DNA of 64,000 bases from Actinomycetota bacterium (GTDB lineage Bacteria > Actinomycetota > CADDZG01 > JAHWKV01). The stretch is taken from assembly GCA_051005875.1 (NCBI GenBank), contig JBPCIX010000013.1, positions 7,252 through 71,251 of the forward strand, written 5' to 3'. Shown in pieces: positions 44,166 through 54,146 of this stretch. Each line of letters begins with the position of its first letter. Position 1 is the stretch's first letter. The notes below the pieces were generated by a model. It worked only from the letters and a program-made list of their open reading frames with translations. It did no database searches and had not been told where the DNA came from. Made by a program: the position numbers and the translations under genes.

Positions 44166-44184
44166 TGGGGTTATCCTGAGGCAA

Positions 44185-45747
44185 GTGGAACTCAATGAGG
44201 AATTTGACCGAATACTTGTAGTTGATTTTGGTGCCCAGTATTCGCGACTTATCGCCCGTCGGGTTCGTGAGTGCCACGTCTTCTCAGAGATTGTCCCCCA
44301 CTCGATAACACCCGAGGAAGCCAAGCAGCTTCGCCCAAAGGGGATCATTTTCTCGGGGGGTCCAAAAAGCGTCCACCAGGAAGGCGCCCCCAGGGCGGAT
44401 CCGGAACTTTTCAACCTTGGCGTACCGGTTTTGGGAATCTGCTACGGCCACCAGCTGATGGCTTCGAGTCTCGGCGGCAAGGTGGCGAAGGGCTCGTCAG
44501 GCGAGTTCGGCCGCACAAGCCTGACCGCTGAACAGGGGCTCTTGTTCAACGACCTGGGTCTTGCTCAGGACGTTTGGATGAGCCATACCGACGCGGTAAC
44601 TGAGGCTCCTGAGGGGTTTCGCACTGTAGCGAAGACAGAGTCTTCCCCGGTTGCGGCTATGGAGGACATTCAGCGGGGCCTCTACGGTGTGCAGTTTCAT
44701 CCTGAGGTTGCCCACACGCCGTGCGGAGTCGATTTGCTCAAGAACTTCCTCTACAACGCCTGCGATTGCACGCCGTCATGGACCGCAGCGGGAGTGATCG
44801 AGACGGCGGTTGAGAAGATTCGGCGGCAGGTTGGTGACGCCTCGGTGATTTGCGGGCTCTCCGGAGGCGTTGACTCCGCCGTCGCGGCGGCGCTCGTCCA
44901 TAAAGCCATCGGACACCGGCTGACCTGCATCTTCGTGGACCACGGAATGATGAGGGCAGGCGAAGCCGAAGAAGTGGTCGAGGCCTTTCAGCGACACCTG
45001 AAAATTGATCTCATTCATTCGAAGTCCCAGGATCGGTTCATCGACAAGCTGGCCGGCGTAGACGACCCGGAGCAAAAGCGGAAAATTATCGGCACCGAGT
45101 TCATCCGTGTCTTCGAAGAAATCGCATCGCAGGTTGCGAGCGAGGGATCCGAGCCCCTTCGTTATTTGGTTCAAGGAACCCTGTACCCAGATGTGATCGA
45201 ATCCGGTGGAATTGGGAAAGTCGCGGCGGTAATCAAAAGTCACCACAATGTCGGCGGACTGCCCGACGATATGAAGCTCGAGCTCGTGGAGCCCTTGAGG
45301 GATCTTTTCAAGGATGAGGTTCGGCGTGTCGGCGAAGAATTGGGCCTTCCTGAGGACATAGTGTGGCGCCAGCCTTTCCCGGGGCCCGGCCTCGCCGTAA
45401 GAATCATCGGCGAGGTGACCCGAGAGCGCCTGGAGCTTGTTCGGGCCGCAGATGCCATTGTGGTCGAGGAAATCAAAAGGGCCGGGCTCTACAGACAAAT
45501 TTGGCAAACCTTCGCAGTCTTGCTCCCCGTCCGCAGTGTCGGCGTGATGGGGGATGAGAGAACCTACGGCCACCCTGTGATCGTTAGAGCAGTCACATCT
45601 GAAGACGCCATGACCGCCGATTGGGCCAAACTCGACCACGGTCTGCTGGAAAGAATCTCAAGCCGAATCATCGCCGAGGTTCCCGGCATTAACCGGGTCG
45701 CCTACGACATCTCTTCGAAGCCGCCGGCGACCATCGAGTGGGAATAG
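44185..45747 (+). CDS. guaA: GMP synthase (glutamine-hydrolysing)
   Basis: [43 protein letters not shown]. Confidence 0.99.
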   Translation: MELNEEFDRILVVDFGAQYSRLIARRVRECHVFSEIVPHSITPEEAKQLRPKGIIFSGGPKSVHQEGAPRADPELFNLGVPVLGICYGHQLMASSLGGKVAKGSSGEFGRTSLTAEQGLLFNDLGLAQDVWMSHTDAVTEAPEGFRTVAKTESSPVAAMEDIQRGLYGVQFHPEVAHTPCGVDLLKNFLYNACDCTPSWTAAGVIETAVEKIRRQVGDASVICGLSGGVDSAVAAALVHKAIGHRLTCIFVDHGMMRAGEAEEVVEAFQRHLKIDLIHSKSQDRFIDKLAGVDDPEQKRKIIGTEFIRVFEEIASQVASEGSEPLRYLVQGTLYPDVIESGGIGKVAAVIKSHHNVGGLPDDMKLELVEPLRDLFKDEVRRVGEELGLPEDIVWRQPFPGPGLAVRIIGEVTRERLELVRAADAIVVEEIKRAGLYRQIWQTFAVLLPVRSVGVMGDERTYGHPVIVRAVTSEDAMTADWAKLDHGLLERISSRIIAEVPGINRVAYDISSKPPATIEWE

Positions 45748-46919
45748 CGCGGCCACGGGGGCTGCGGCGGGCCTCATGTTTTCTTGCTCTTGTAGTTCTG
45801 GCGGCCTGTGGCGGGGGGGGCCGGATACAACCTTCGCCTTCGCCATCGCTGATTGCGGGCCCCCTCAAGCTTGACCTGGTGGGAAGTTTCAGCGAACCGA
45901 TTTACGTCGCTTCACCGCCCAGCGACCCGCGGCTGGTCGTTGTCGAAAAGGGCGGAACAATCAAGGTGCTCGACGAAAACGGCAACAAGCAGACGTTTCT
46001 GGATATTTCAGATCAGGTTTCCTCGGGCAGTGAACAGGGGCTGTTTTCGATTGCTTTCGCACCCGATTACGCCACAAGCGGTCTCGCCTATGTGGACTAC
46101 ACGGATCGACAGGGAGATAGCCGTATTGTTGAATTCAAGGTGGATCCAGCCGACGCCAATCGTCTGGATCCGAAGAGCCGCCGTGAGATTCTTTTCGTTA
46201 AGCAACCCTTCGCCAATCACAACGGCGGCTTGCTGTTGTTCGACGCTGAGGGAATGCTGGTGATCGGTTTTGGCGACGGGGGCAGCTCCGGCGACCCCGG
46301 CAAACGGGCTCAGAATCTAGGCCAGCTTCTGGGTAAACTTTTGCGCATCGACCCTCGGCGCCCGGCCGGCGGGAAACCCTACGGCATCCCGCCGGACAAT
46401 CCTTTTGTTAAGAAGGCAGGCGCCAGGCCCGAAATCTGGGCCTATGGCCTGCGCAACCCCTGGAGATTCTCGTTTGATCAGGAAACCGGGGATCTATATG
46501 TCGGCGACGTGGGCCAGAATCTGTTTGAAGAAGTGAGCTATGTGCCTCCGGCCAAACAGGCCGGCGCCAACTTTGGCTGGAGCAAATACGAAGGCTCGCA
46601 GATTTTCAAACGGGAGCGAATCGATGAATCAAAACTCGTGAAGCCAATCGTCACGTACCCGCTTAAATCCGGCGCATGCGCGGTCACCGGCGGAGGGGTT
46701 TACCGTGGCTCGGTTCAGGCTCTGCAGGGCTTCTACATTTATTCGGACTTTTGCCAGGGCAAAGTACAAGGCTTTCGAGTTGTTAACGGCTTGAGGACCG
46801 ACGAAAAGTCTTTTCCTCAACTCAATGCATCTTCGATCGCCTCTTTCGGCCAGGACTCTGAAAACGAGATGTACGTCGTTTCGCTGGAAGGCAAGGTTTA
46901 CAAAATTGGGACCGGCTAG
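45738..46919 (+). CDS. PQQ-dependent sugar dehydrogenase family (GSDH) lipoprotein
   Basis: Lipobox [39 protein letters not shown]. Confidence 0.9.
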   Translation: MGIARPRGLRRASCFLALVVLAACGGGGRIQPSPSPSLIAGPLKLDLVGSFSEPIYVASPPSDPRLVVVEKGGTIKVLDENGNKQTFLDISDQVSSGSEQGLFSIAFAPDYATSGLAYVDYTDRQGDSRIVEFKVDPADANRLDPKSRREILFVKQPFANHNGGLLLFDAEGMLVIGFGDGGSSGDPGKRAQNLGQLLGKLLRIDPRRPAGGKPYGIPPDNPFVKKAGARPEIWAYGLRNPWRFSFDQETGDLYVGDVGQNLFEEVSYVPPAKQAGANFGWSKYEGSQIFKRERIDESKLVKPIVTYPLKSGACAVTGGGVYRGSVQALQGFYIYSDFCQGKVQGFRVVNGLRTDEKSFPQLNASSIASFGQDSENEMYVVSLEGKVYKIGTG

Positions 46920-47701
46920 GCTTGTCGCTTCATCAGGAACTCGCGCATTGCTTGGGAAACGGCCGCTGGGTTTTCTATCGGAGGCAGATGCCCCGCTCCG
47001 GGAATCGGGACAAAATTCGCCCCCTTAATCCCGGCCGCCATTTCTTGAGCTTCGTCAATGGGCATTAGCTCATCAGCCTGCCCGTGCAGTACCAAGGTCT
47101 GAACGGTGATGCTCGCAAGATCTGGCGTTGAAGCGGGCCGCATGCCCATGGCCAAAGAATCGGCCGCGGCCCCACCGGGCGGCAGGTCCTGCACCATCTT
47201 TTTCATAGACTCCCGCGCCTCGGGCCCGGCGTTGGGGCCGAACAACTTCGGGAACATCATCGGTATCAGCTCCGACGTCCCCTTTTCCAGAACCAGAGCG
47301 GCAACTCGCTTGCGGCCCTCCTTGCCGACGGGGGGATCTTCAGTGCTGCGTGTGCTGATCAGAATCAACGATCTCACCAATTCGGGGTGCCTTCGCCAGA
47401 AGGCAAACAGTATGTAGCCGCCCATTGAAACGCCCGCAAGATCAACTGGACCGGCGTCCAACGACTTGATCGTCTTGGCAAGGTGGTCGGCATAGGAGTC
47501 CATCGACGCTTCCCCTGGCCCGTCGGCTTGCTCTGGGCTCTTGCCGCGGCCGGGGAGATCGACGGCAACCACCCGGGCTACTCCGGCAAGATCCCGCAGC
47601 TGAGAACTCCAAATCCTGCGATCCATCGGGAACCCATGCACCAGGATTAAGGGCTGACCTTCACCGGCTTCGTCGTAACCTAGTGGGACCACAAACGTCA
47701 C
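46916..47701 (-). CDS. Alpha/beta fold hydrolase
   Basis: LVHGFP, DLPGRG, GVSMGG nucleophile elbow, AGHLPPIE. Confidence 0.92.
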   Translation of the reverse strand: MTFVVPLGYDEAGEGQPLILVHGFPMDRRIWSSQLRDLAGVARVVAVDLPGRGKSPEQADGPGEASMDSYADHLAKTIKSLDAGPVDLAGVSMGGYILFAFWRRHPELVRSLILISTRSTEDPPVGKEGRKRVAALVLEKGTSELIPMMFPKLFGPNAGPEARESMKKMVQDLPPGGAAADSLAMGMRPASTPDLASITVQTLVLHGQADELMPIDEAQEMAAGIKGANFVPIPGAGHLPPIENPAAVSQAMREFLMKRQA

Positions 47702-48471
47702 TCGGCAAATGCTTTCAACAAGTCGAGCATCTCTTCACATGAGGCCACGACCAGGTCGGTGTGCTCGGTGAAGCCGGGGGGGGCCTCCGGCGAAGCAACA
47801 CCCACTCTAAGGGCGTTAGGAGCGATTTCACCGGCCCTTGCCATGGCTTCGACGTCGCTCGAGTCATCGCCGGCAACCAGAAGGTAGTTTAGGCCATGGT
47901 CAACCACGAGGCGCTCGAGGGCAAAGGCCTTCGAGAACCTGGCAGGCCTCAGTTCAACGACCTTTCTGCCCACCCCGGCGATGAACCCGTGCCGGGGCGC
48001 CGCCCCTTCGGCCCAGGCCGTGATCAGAGCGGGGGCGCCGGGATCTAAAGAATTGCGAAAATGGACCGACACCGCCATGCCCTTTTGCTCGACGTTCGAC
48101 CCCTCAAGGCGATTATCGTCCAGCAGTGCTTGCGCCGCCAGCGCCAAATCTCCGGCTTTGGTTCTCAATGTCGGGGCGTCGTCAGGTGCACGGGTCTTCC
48201 CGTCGACGAACTCTTCGCCGCCATAAAGCCCAATGTAAGTGAGGCCCGGCACACCGACCTTGGCGGCCACGTCCTCGGCGCTCCTGCCTGAAACCAAAGC
48301 GACCAGCGCAAATTGATCTCGCAGCGCAGTCAGGACCCCGGGGGCGCCCGGCAGGATAGAGGCCGCCAAAGGGTCGGTCACGATATGGGCCAACGTACCG
48401 TCGAAATCAAGGATGAAGCCGCTACCGCCGGGATTTTCTCGGAAGGTATTCACCCATGCTTGAAGGTCCAT
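47698..48471 (-). CDS. otsB: Trehalose-6-phosphate phosphatase (HAD IIB)
   Basis: LDFDGTLA, VSGR, GRKVVELRP, AGDDSSD; ATG at 48471 preferred. Confidence 0.88.
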   Translation of the reverse strand: MDLQAWVNTFRENPGGSGFILDFDGTLAHIVTDPLAASILPGAPGVLTALRDQFALVALVSGRSAEDVAAKVGVPGLTYIGLYGGEEFVDGKTRAPDDAPTLRTKAGDLALAAQALLDDNRLEGSNVEQKGMAVSVHFRNSLDPGAPALITAWAEGAAPRHGFIAGVGRKVVELRPARFSKAFALERLVVDHGLNYLLVAGDDSSDVEAMARAGEIAPNALRVGVASPEAPPGFTEHTDLVVASCEEMLDLLKAFAE

Positions 48472-48525
48472 GCACAAAAGATAACCCGCTCCGGTGCCCG
48501 CAAGAATAGCTATACACTCGCCCGC

Positions 48526-49398
48526 GTGATCGGGTCCCACCGCAAGCTCCTCGAAACGCCCTTGCCTCCGGCGCCTGGGAGACGCTGTTTGGCGCTTACA
48601 GCGGTGCTACTTCTGGCCCTCACCGGATGTGCTGAGAAGAAAATCTCGCTTTCTTATCGGTTCCCCGCCGGGTACCAGGCGACGTATCGCTGGTCGATCA
48701 TCTCCATTACTTCTAAAGAGTCGCCGCAAGAACAAAGCACCAGGCGCTTAGAGGCCGTCTTGGAGATGCAGGAGAGTATTGCACCCGGGCCCGGTGACCG
48801 CATGACTTTGACCATCCTTCTAAAGCCGCTCAGCTTGAAGGAAAACGGCAAGCAGGGCTTCAAGCCCCCGCCGAGCAAAGTGAATTACGAAATTGCCTCC
48901 GACGGGCGGATACTCAAAGTCCTGGCGGCAGATCTGGGCCCCGGGGCCATTGCTTCGCTGGAATTAGATGCGCTCGCTTCAGAAACGCGGCCCCCCTTAT
49001 CGGCTCGTCCGGTCGGCCTGGGTGAGATTTGGAATGCCCCCCTCAAGCTGCAAAGCGAACGAAGTTCCATCGCCTTCGCCGGCACCGGCAAACTCTTGGG
49101 ATTTGATCTTGTGGACAGCCTTAGGGTCGCCAGGATCGAGACTGTTCGGCGCGGCCCCGTCAATTCGAAGCAAGTCTTAAACAAGTTGCCGGTGACGCTA
49201 AAGGGTTTCTCGACAAGTAAAGCCCTGTCGCTAGTGAACGTGGACCGAGGAACCCTGGTTTCTTCCGACTATCAATCCAGCTCGAATTTCGATGTGGTTC
49301 TGTCGAGTGGGACCGCTGCCAGGATTAAGGTTTCACTCACCGGCAAACTACAGCTGATAGGGCACTCATCCCCCCCTCGGACTCAGGCGCCCGGCTGA
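48526..49398 (+). CDS. Hypothetical beta-rich lipoprotein
   Basis: GTG start, hydrophobic stretch and LTGC lipobox; no recognised domain. Confidence 0.6.
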   Translation: MIGSHRKLLETPLPPAPGRRCLALTAVLLLALTGCAEKKISLSYRFPAGYQATYRWSIISITSKESPQEQSTRRLEAVLEMQESIAPGPGDRMTLTILLKPLSLKENGKQGFKPPPSKVNYEIASDGRILKVLAADLGPGAIASLELDALASETRPPLSARPVGLGEIWNAPLKLQSERSSIAFAGTGKLLGFDLVDSLRVARIETVRRGPVNSKQVLNKLPVTLKGFSTSKALSLVNVDRGTLVSSDYQSSSNFDVVLSSGTAARIKVSLTGKLQLIGHSSPPRTQAPG

Positions 49399-49403
49399 AA
49401 AGG

Positions 49404-49940
49404 TTATGGCTTGTAGTCGGCACCTATAACGAAAGCCAACGGTATTTGCTTATCGAGGTTTTCCGGCGCAGTCAGGGTGTCCGCAGCCGATACCGACATA
49501 AGGGCGGCCAGTTCCTTGGCCTGGGCCGCGAAACCCTCCTGATAAAAAACTGTGGACTTGGTATACCGGCGCGAGGCCTCTGAGGTAGTGGTGATGCTAT
49601 AACCGGCGCCCTTCAACTTCGTCTCGGCCGACGTTAGGGACCGGGAGCTGCCGGTGCCGTTCAGAATCTGAGCGTTCGGCTTGTTCGAAGGTTTTGCACC
49701 CGGCGACGCCGAGGCAGAGGCGCCGGGCGTTGGCGAAGGCGGCGCGGACTCGCTTGGGACAACAATGGCCGGGTCGTCCGTCCACCCAGCGCCAGGGGTC
49801 GGTGTTTTGTCGCGGCTGAGTAAATTCCACCCACCGACTACGGCGAGTATCGGCAAGACGGCCAAAGCCATCCATTTGAGGATTGATAGAGACATGGAGC
49901 GCCAAAAATGGCCACTCTCGCCTAGCGAATGTTTACCCAA
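49404..49940 (-). CDS. LytR C-terminal domain membrane protein
   Basis: MGKH N-terminus, one TM, Pro/Ser linker, ILNGTG...STVFY...VIGADY. Confidence 0.8.
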   Translation of the reverse strand: MGKHSLGESGHFWRSMSLSILKWMALAVLPILAVVGGWNLLSRDKTPTPGAGWTDDPAIVVPSESAPPSPTPGASASASPGAKPSNKPNAQILNGTGSSRSLTSAETKLKGAGYSITTTSEASRRYTKSTVFYQEGFAAQAKELAALMSVSAADTLTAPENLDKQIPLAFVIGADYKP

Positions 49941-49978
49941 GAATTGTTTTGTATCATGCCCGGCCCGGGGAAGGCTGC

Positions 49979-50263
49979 CTATCCATTGTCATCCAGGCGA
50001 ACACCAAGCTTGCGAGCCGTCCGCTGGCGCCGCCTAAATGCCCGCAGCCTTTGAAGCCGCTTGACCAAAATAGGGTCATGGTTCAGTGCCTCGGGCATGT
50101 CGATAATTTCGTTGAGCAGCTGATAGTAACGCGTAGCCGAGAGCGCAAAGTTCGCCCGGATCGCCCGCTCCTTGGCCCCCGCATACTTCCACCAGTAGCG
50201 CTCGAAGTCCAAAATCTTGCGCTCCCGCTCGCCAAAGGCGGGCTGCTGATCGCCTTGTTCCAT
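49979..50263 (-). CDS. DUF3263 family protein
   Basis: ILDFERYWW...KERAIR...SATRYYQLLN...DPILVKRLQRLR. Confidence 0.88.
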   Translation of the reverse strand: MEQGDQQPAFGERERKILDFERYWWKYAGAKERAIRANFALSATRYYQLLNEIIDMPEALNHDPILVKRLQRLRAFRRRQRTARKLGVRLDDNG

Positions 50264-50440
50264 TTCTCACCCCGCAAAGTAGCCGCCGTTGGCCCCTACG
50301 AGCCAGTCGATAACCTCGGTTAATCACATCAATGTAATTTAACCAACCTTACCTTACGAAATGGCAACTGCCTAATGCAAGCATTCCCCGCCTAGGCTGA
50401 GACAGCCAACGGCTCCCCGCTACAATCGTGATTGCACATC

Positions 50441-50514
50441 GCTGGTGTGGCGCAATCCGGCAGCGCAGCCGATTTGTAATCGGCAGGTTCTCGGTTCGAA
50501 TCCGAGCACCAGCT
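50441..50514 (+). tRNA. tRNA-Thr(UGU), CCA not encoded
   Basis: Acceptor stem GCTGGTG/CACCAGC, anticodon arm GCCGA-ttTGTaa-TCGGC, T-loop GGTTCGAATCC. Confidence 0.96.
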
Positions 50515-50623
50515 CTTATTCGCCCGATCTTATCTAAAGCTAAGTAATACCAACATGGGATTCATTGGCCGGCAACCCCGGCCATAACTGAGAACGGGTC
50601 GGCTTCTAGCGCCACGGGCCGGT

Positions 50624-52057
50624 TTACTTCCTGAGGCGCCAGCGGGTCCCCGATGGGGTGTCTTCTAGGTCTACCCCCAGGGTCGACAGTTTCTCGCGAA
50701 CAAGATCCGCTTCTTCGAAGCGCCGGTCGGCTCTGGCCTTTTCTCTCAACTCGATCGCAAGTTCGATAAGCCCGGCGTTCATTTTTGAGTCGCCGTCGGC
50801 AGCGCCGGCAGCCCCCGTTGGGGCAACACCCAGAACCGAAGTCATTTCATTGAAAGCCGAAACTAGGCAGAGCAGACTACCGGCGGCCCCATCGTCGCCC
50901 CGCTGGGCTTGCTCCAGTTCCGAGTTACCTTTTTTTACGAGTTCGTGAATCACGCTCAGCGCGACCGGTGTGTTGAAGTCGTCGTCCATGGCGGTTGTGA
51001 AGCGAGCGATAAATTCCTTGGCGGCCTGGGTCCCCGCGCCGGCCTCGCCAGGGTTGGATTCTGGAGTGGCTACTTTGGCTCTGGCGGACGCGAAGTTCTC
51101 GAATCTTTCGAAGGTTTTTTTGGCTTGCGACAAGGCTGCCTCGCCGAAATCTACGTCGCTTCGGTAATGACCGCCAATTGCCATCAGGCGCAGTACCTGG
51201 CCGGGGGAAGCCTCCAGAAAATCCTTTGCCAGCACGAAGTTGCCGAGAGATTTCGACATCTTTTCCTCGTCGAAGTTGACCATTCCGTTGTGCAGCCAGT
51301 AGCGAACGAAGGGGGCCTCACCAGTCGCTGCCTCCGCTTGAGCGATTTCGTTTTCATGGTGCGGGAAGATGAGATCGGAGCCCCCGCCGTGGATGTCGAA
51401 GCCCATGCCCAGATATTTCGTTGACATACTTGAGCATTCGATGTGCCAGCCGGGGCGGCCGTCACCCCAGGGACTCGGCCAGGCCGGTTCACCGGGCTTG
51501 GCGCCCTTCCACAAGGCGAAATCCGCCGGGCCGCGTTTGTTTGGATCAGGTTCGATCCTTTCGCCGCCGGCGACATCCGAGGTTCGGCCCGACAACTTCC
51601 CGTAGCCTCTGAATTTATCAACCTCAAACCAGACGCTACCCCCGGCCTCGTAGGCAAAACCCCTGTCTATCAACGACTGAATTGTCGAAACCATGTCGTC
51701 GATGTGGTCGGTTGCCTTGACGAGAATATCGGGCGGCTCGATCCCCAGGTCCTTCATCACTTTCTCGTATTCCCTGGAGTAATCATCGGCAACTTCCTGG
51801 GCGGGACGGCCTTCTTCAGCAGCCTTGGCGATGATCTTGTCGTCGACATCGGTATAGTTTTGGACGAAGGTGACCTGGAGCCCCCGCCAGTTGAGGTAGC
51901 GCCGGATGAGGTCAAACACGATTGCAGCCCGGGCGTTTCCGAGATGGATGTGGTTGTAAACAGTGGGGCCGCAAACGTACATCCCGATCTTGCCCGGCTC
52001 GCGGGGCGTCAACTCTTGTTTGCGGCGCGTCAGAGTATTGGTTACGGAAAGACCCAT
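50624..52057 (-). CDS. cysS: Cysteine--tRNA ligase
   Basis: YVCGPTVY, HLGN, GRPGWHIECS, KMSKS. Confidence 0.99.
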   Translation of the reverse strand: MGLSVTNTLTRRKQELTPREPGKIGMYVCGPTVYNHIHLGNARAAIVFDLIRRYLNWRGLQVTFVQNYTDVDDKIIAKAAEEGRPAQEVADDYSREYEKVMKDLGIEPPDILVKATDHIDDMVSTIQSLIDRGFAYEAGGSVWFEVDKFRGYGKLSGRTSDVAGGERIEPDPNKRGPADFALWKGAKPGEPAWPSPWGDGRPGWHIECSSMSTKYLGMGFDIHGGGSDLIFPHHENEIAQAEAATGEAPFVRYWLHNGMVNFDEEKMSKSLGNFVLAKDFLEASPGQVLRLMAIGGHYRSDVDFGEAALSQAKKTFERFENFASARAKVATPESNPGEAGAGTQAAKEFIARFTTAMDDDFNTPVALSVIHELVKKGNSELEQAQRGDDGAAGSLLCLVSAFNEMTSVLGVAPTGAAGAADGDSKMNAGLIELAIELREKARADRRFEEADLVREKLSTLGVDLEDTPSGTRWRLRK

Positions 52058-52101
52058 TTGCCTACCTTATCTAAAGCTGCAGAATTGGTCCGTAATTGAC
52101 G

Positions 52102-52566
52102 CTACTGAAGCGTCGCTATGGCCATGGCGGCAATTCCTTCTGCCCGGCCGATGAAACCCAGTCCGTCGGTGGTTGTTGCCTTCATGTTCACGAGCCCTGC
52201 TGGAATAGCGAGAACTTCGGCAATTCTGTTGGTCATTTGTTCGCAAAAGGGGCCGATGCGGATTTGCTGGACAACGACAGTTGAATCGATATTTCCAATT
52301 TCAAAACCTGATTCCGCCAAGAGCCTTGTGACCTCGAAAAGCATTTCAAGACTCGAAGAACCCTCCGCCACTTTCTCCTCCGGGAAGTGATTGCCCAGGT
52401 CCCCGAGTCCGGCGGCACCCAGCAATGCGTCGGCTATGGCATGCGAAACGACATCGGCATCGGACCATCCTGCGAGGCCGGGAGCCCCCTCGATGGTGAC
52501 CCCACCGAGTACCAGGGGCCTTGAGTCGTCAAAAGCGTGAACATCGAAACCGATTCCAATTCTCAT
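52102..52566 (-). CDS. ispF: 2-C-methyl-D-erythritol 2,4-cyclodiphosphate synthase
   Basis: RIGIGFDVH, SDADVVSHAIADALLGA, KATT. Confidence 0.97.
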   Translation of the reverse strand: MRIGIGFDVHAFDDSRPLVLGGVTIEGAPGLAGWSDADVVSHAIADALLGAAGLGDLGNHFPEEKVAEGSSSLEMLFEVTRLLAESGFEIGNIDSTVVVQQIRIGPFCEQMTNRIAEVLAIPAGLVNMKATTTDGLGFIGRAEGIAAMAIATLQ

Positions 52567-52599
52567 TGGCAGGACCCGGCACGGGCGTCAGCCAGGCTT

Positions 52600-53409
52600 C
52601 TAATCTTCCCACACATATTCGACGCCGGATCTGGTTCGAAGGATCATCTCGCCAAGCTTGAGATCCTCGGCCCTGGTCAACTTCATGTTGTACGGATCAC
52701 CCTCGACAAGCTTAACGCTAAGGCCTGCCCGCACGACTAATTCCGAGCAATCGGTTGACTCAAAACCCTCTTCGTCGGCCAGGCGCAACCCTTCCTCAAG
52801 AGCAGCCCGTTGAAAGACTTGAGGAGTTTGGGCCCGCCAAACCAGATCCCGGCCGAGGCTTCTCAAAATTTCGCCTTCAGGCGAGCCCTGCTTGATTGAA
52901 TCCTCAAGAGGAACCGCGGAGATGGCGCCGTCGGCGCCTTTCAAACCGTCGAGAACATCCACGACCTGGGTTTCATTAACGAAGGGCCGCGCTGCGTCAT
53001 GAATAAGCACCACGCTCGTCTGGCCGGGAATGCGGGCCATGCCGGCCGACAAAGATCCCTGTCGGGTCTTGCCTCCGCGCACCATCGAGGTGATCTTCGG
53101 CAGGCGAGCCGCCTCGTCAACCTTTAGGTCCCGTACCGCGGGCAGCACAACAACGACGGCATCTACCCGCGTGCAAGAGACGAGGACCCGCAGGGGGTGA
53201 ACAAACGCAGGCTCCCCCATCAGCGGAGCGAACTGCTTAGGCGTATCCCCGCCGAACCGCTCCCCCGCGCCAGCAGCCAAAAGAATGGCAGTGACGAAAG
53301 GTTCACTTACTCCTAATTCGGGGCCTAGTGAGTTACTCAGAGCGCCTCTGGGGCTTCGAAGGCAAGGCGCAAGGAGCGCCGCGTGCTGTGCACGCAAGCG
53401 ACGCAACAA
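52600..53409 (-). CDS. ispD: 2-C-methyl-D-erythritol 4-phosphate cytidylyltransferase (start uncertain)
   Basis: LLAAGAGERFG...PKQF, GGKTRQGS, IHDAARPF, AQTPQVF; the 5' end runs into a palindromic repeat. Confidence 0.93.
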   Translation of the reverse strand: MLRRLRAQHAALLAPCLRSPRGALSNSLGPELGVSEPFVTAILLAAGAGERFGGDTPKQFAPLMGEPAFVHPLRVLVSCTRVDAVVVVLPAVRDLKVDEAARLPKITSMVRGGKTRQGSLSAGMARIPGQTSVVLIHDAARPFVNETQVVDVLDGLKGADGAISAVPLEDSIKQGSPEGEILRSLGRDLVWRAQTPQVFQRAALEEGLRLADEEGFESTDCSELVVRAGLSVKLVEGDPYNMKLTRAEDLKLGEMILRTRSGVEYVWED

Positions 53410-53458
53410 CGCAGCAAGCGCTGCGCAAGCAGCGCGGTTCGATGTCCCAGTGGCGCTC
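53340..53458 (-). repeat. Dispersed palindromic element, copy 3
   Basis: Arms GAGCGCC.CTGGG..TCGAA / TTCGA..CCCAG.GGCGCTC; core shared with copies 1 and 2. Confidence 0.8.
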
Positions 53459-53983
53459 CTAAACTACAGCTTTGGAGCAATCTAGTACGTCGTCGAGCAT
53501 CTTGCCTGCTTCTTCTTCGTTGACGTTGGCCGCAAAGGTCATCTCCGAAACCAGAATCTGCCGGGCTTTGGTAAGCATGCGCTTCTCGCCGGCAGACAGA
53601 CCCTTCTCGGCTTCTCGTCGCGCAAGGTTTCTCACGACTTCAGCCACCTGGTAAATGTCACCCGAACGAAGCTTCTCGACGTGGGTCTTAAAGCGCCGGC
53701 TCCAGTTGCTGGGCATGCGACATTCCTTGGACCTTAGAACCTTGAAAACTTTGTCGAGTTCGTCTCTGGCGATGATGTCGCGGATCCCGACTTCTTCGCA
53801 GTTGTCGGCAGGGACCATGAGAGTCAGGTCACCATAAGCGAGCCGCAAGATGTAGTACTGCTTCTTCTCGCCTTGGAACTCTTTTTCTTCCAAACTTTTG
53901 ATGATTGCTGCGCCGTGATGGGGATATACAACCTTGTCCCCGACTGAAAATGTCGTGCGGATTGAAGTTGCTGTACTGGCCAA
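53459..53983 (-). CDS. carD: CarD family transcription regulator
   Basis: FSVGDKVVYPHHGA, NWSRRFK, LSAGEKRML. Confidence 0.97.
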   Translation of the reverse strand: MASTATSIRTTFSVGDKVVYPHHGAAIIKSLEEKEFQGEKKQYYILRLAYGDLTLMVPADNCEEVGIRDIIARDELDKVFKVLRSKECRMPSNWSRRFKTHVEKLRSGDIYQVAEVVRNLARREAEKGLSAGEKRMLTKARQILVSEMTFAANVNEEEAGKMLDDVLDCSKAVV

Positions 53984-54146
53984 ACGGACCTCCTTATTTA
54001 AATAACAATTAAATAAAACATAGGGCCCGATTGACCCAGATCTTCGCGCAGCAAGGTATGAAACTTAGCGCCAAATGTGACCGGAACTTGAACCAATTGT
54101 AACAGGTCGCCCGCACCCACCTCAATCTGGGTGGCTCGTTCGACGA

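Noticed and set aside
48313-48540. Overlapping 5' extensions of otsB and the lipoprotein
   Set aside because: Starts at 48471 (-) and 48526 (+) remove the overlap, and each has a -10-like hexamer
50515-50623. Integrated element at tRNA-Thr
   Set aside because: No integrase and no duplicated tRNA 3' end; cysS ends about 110 bp away
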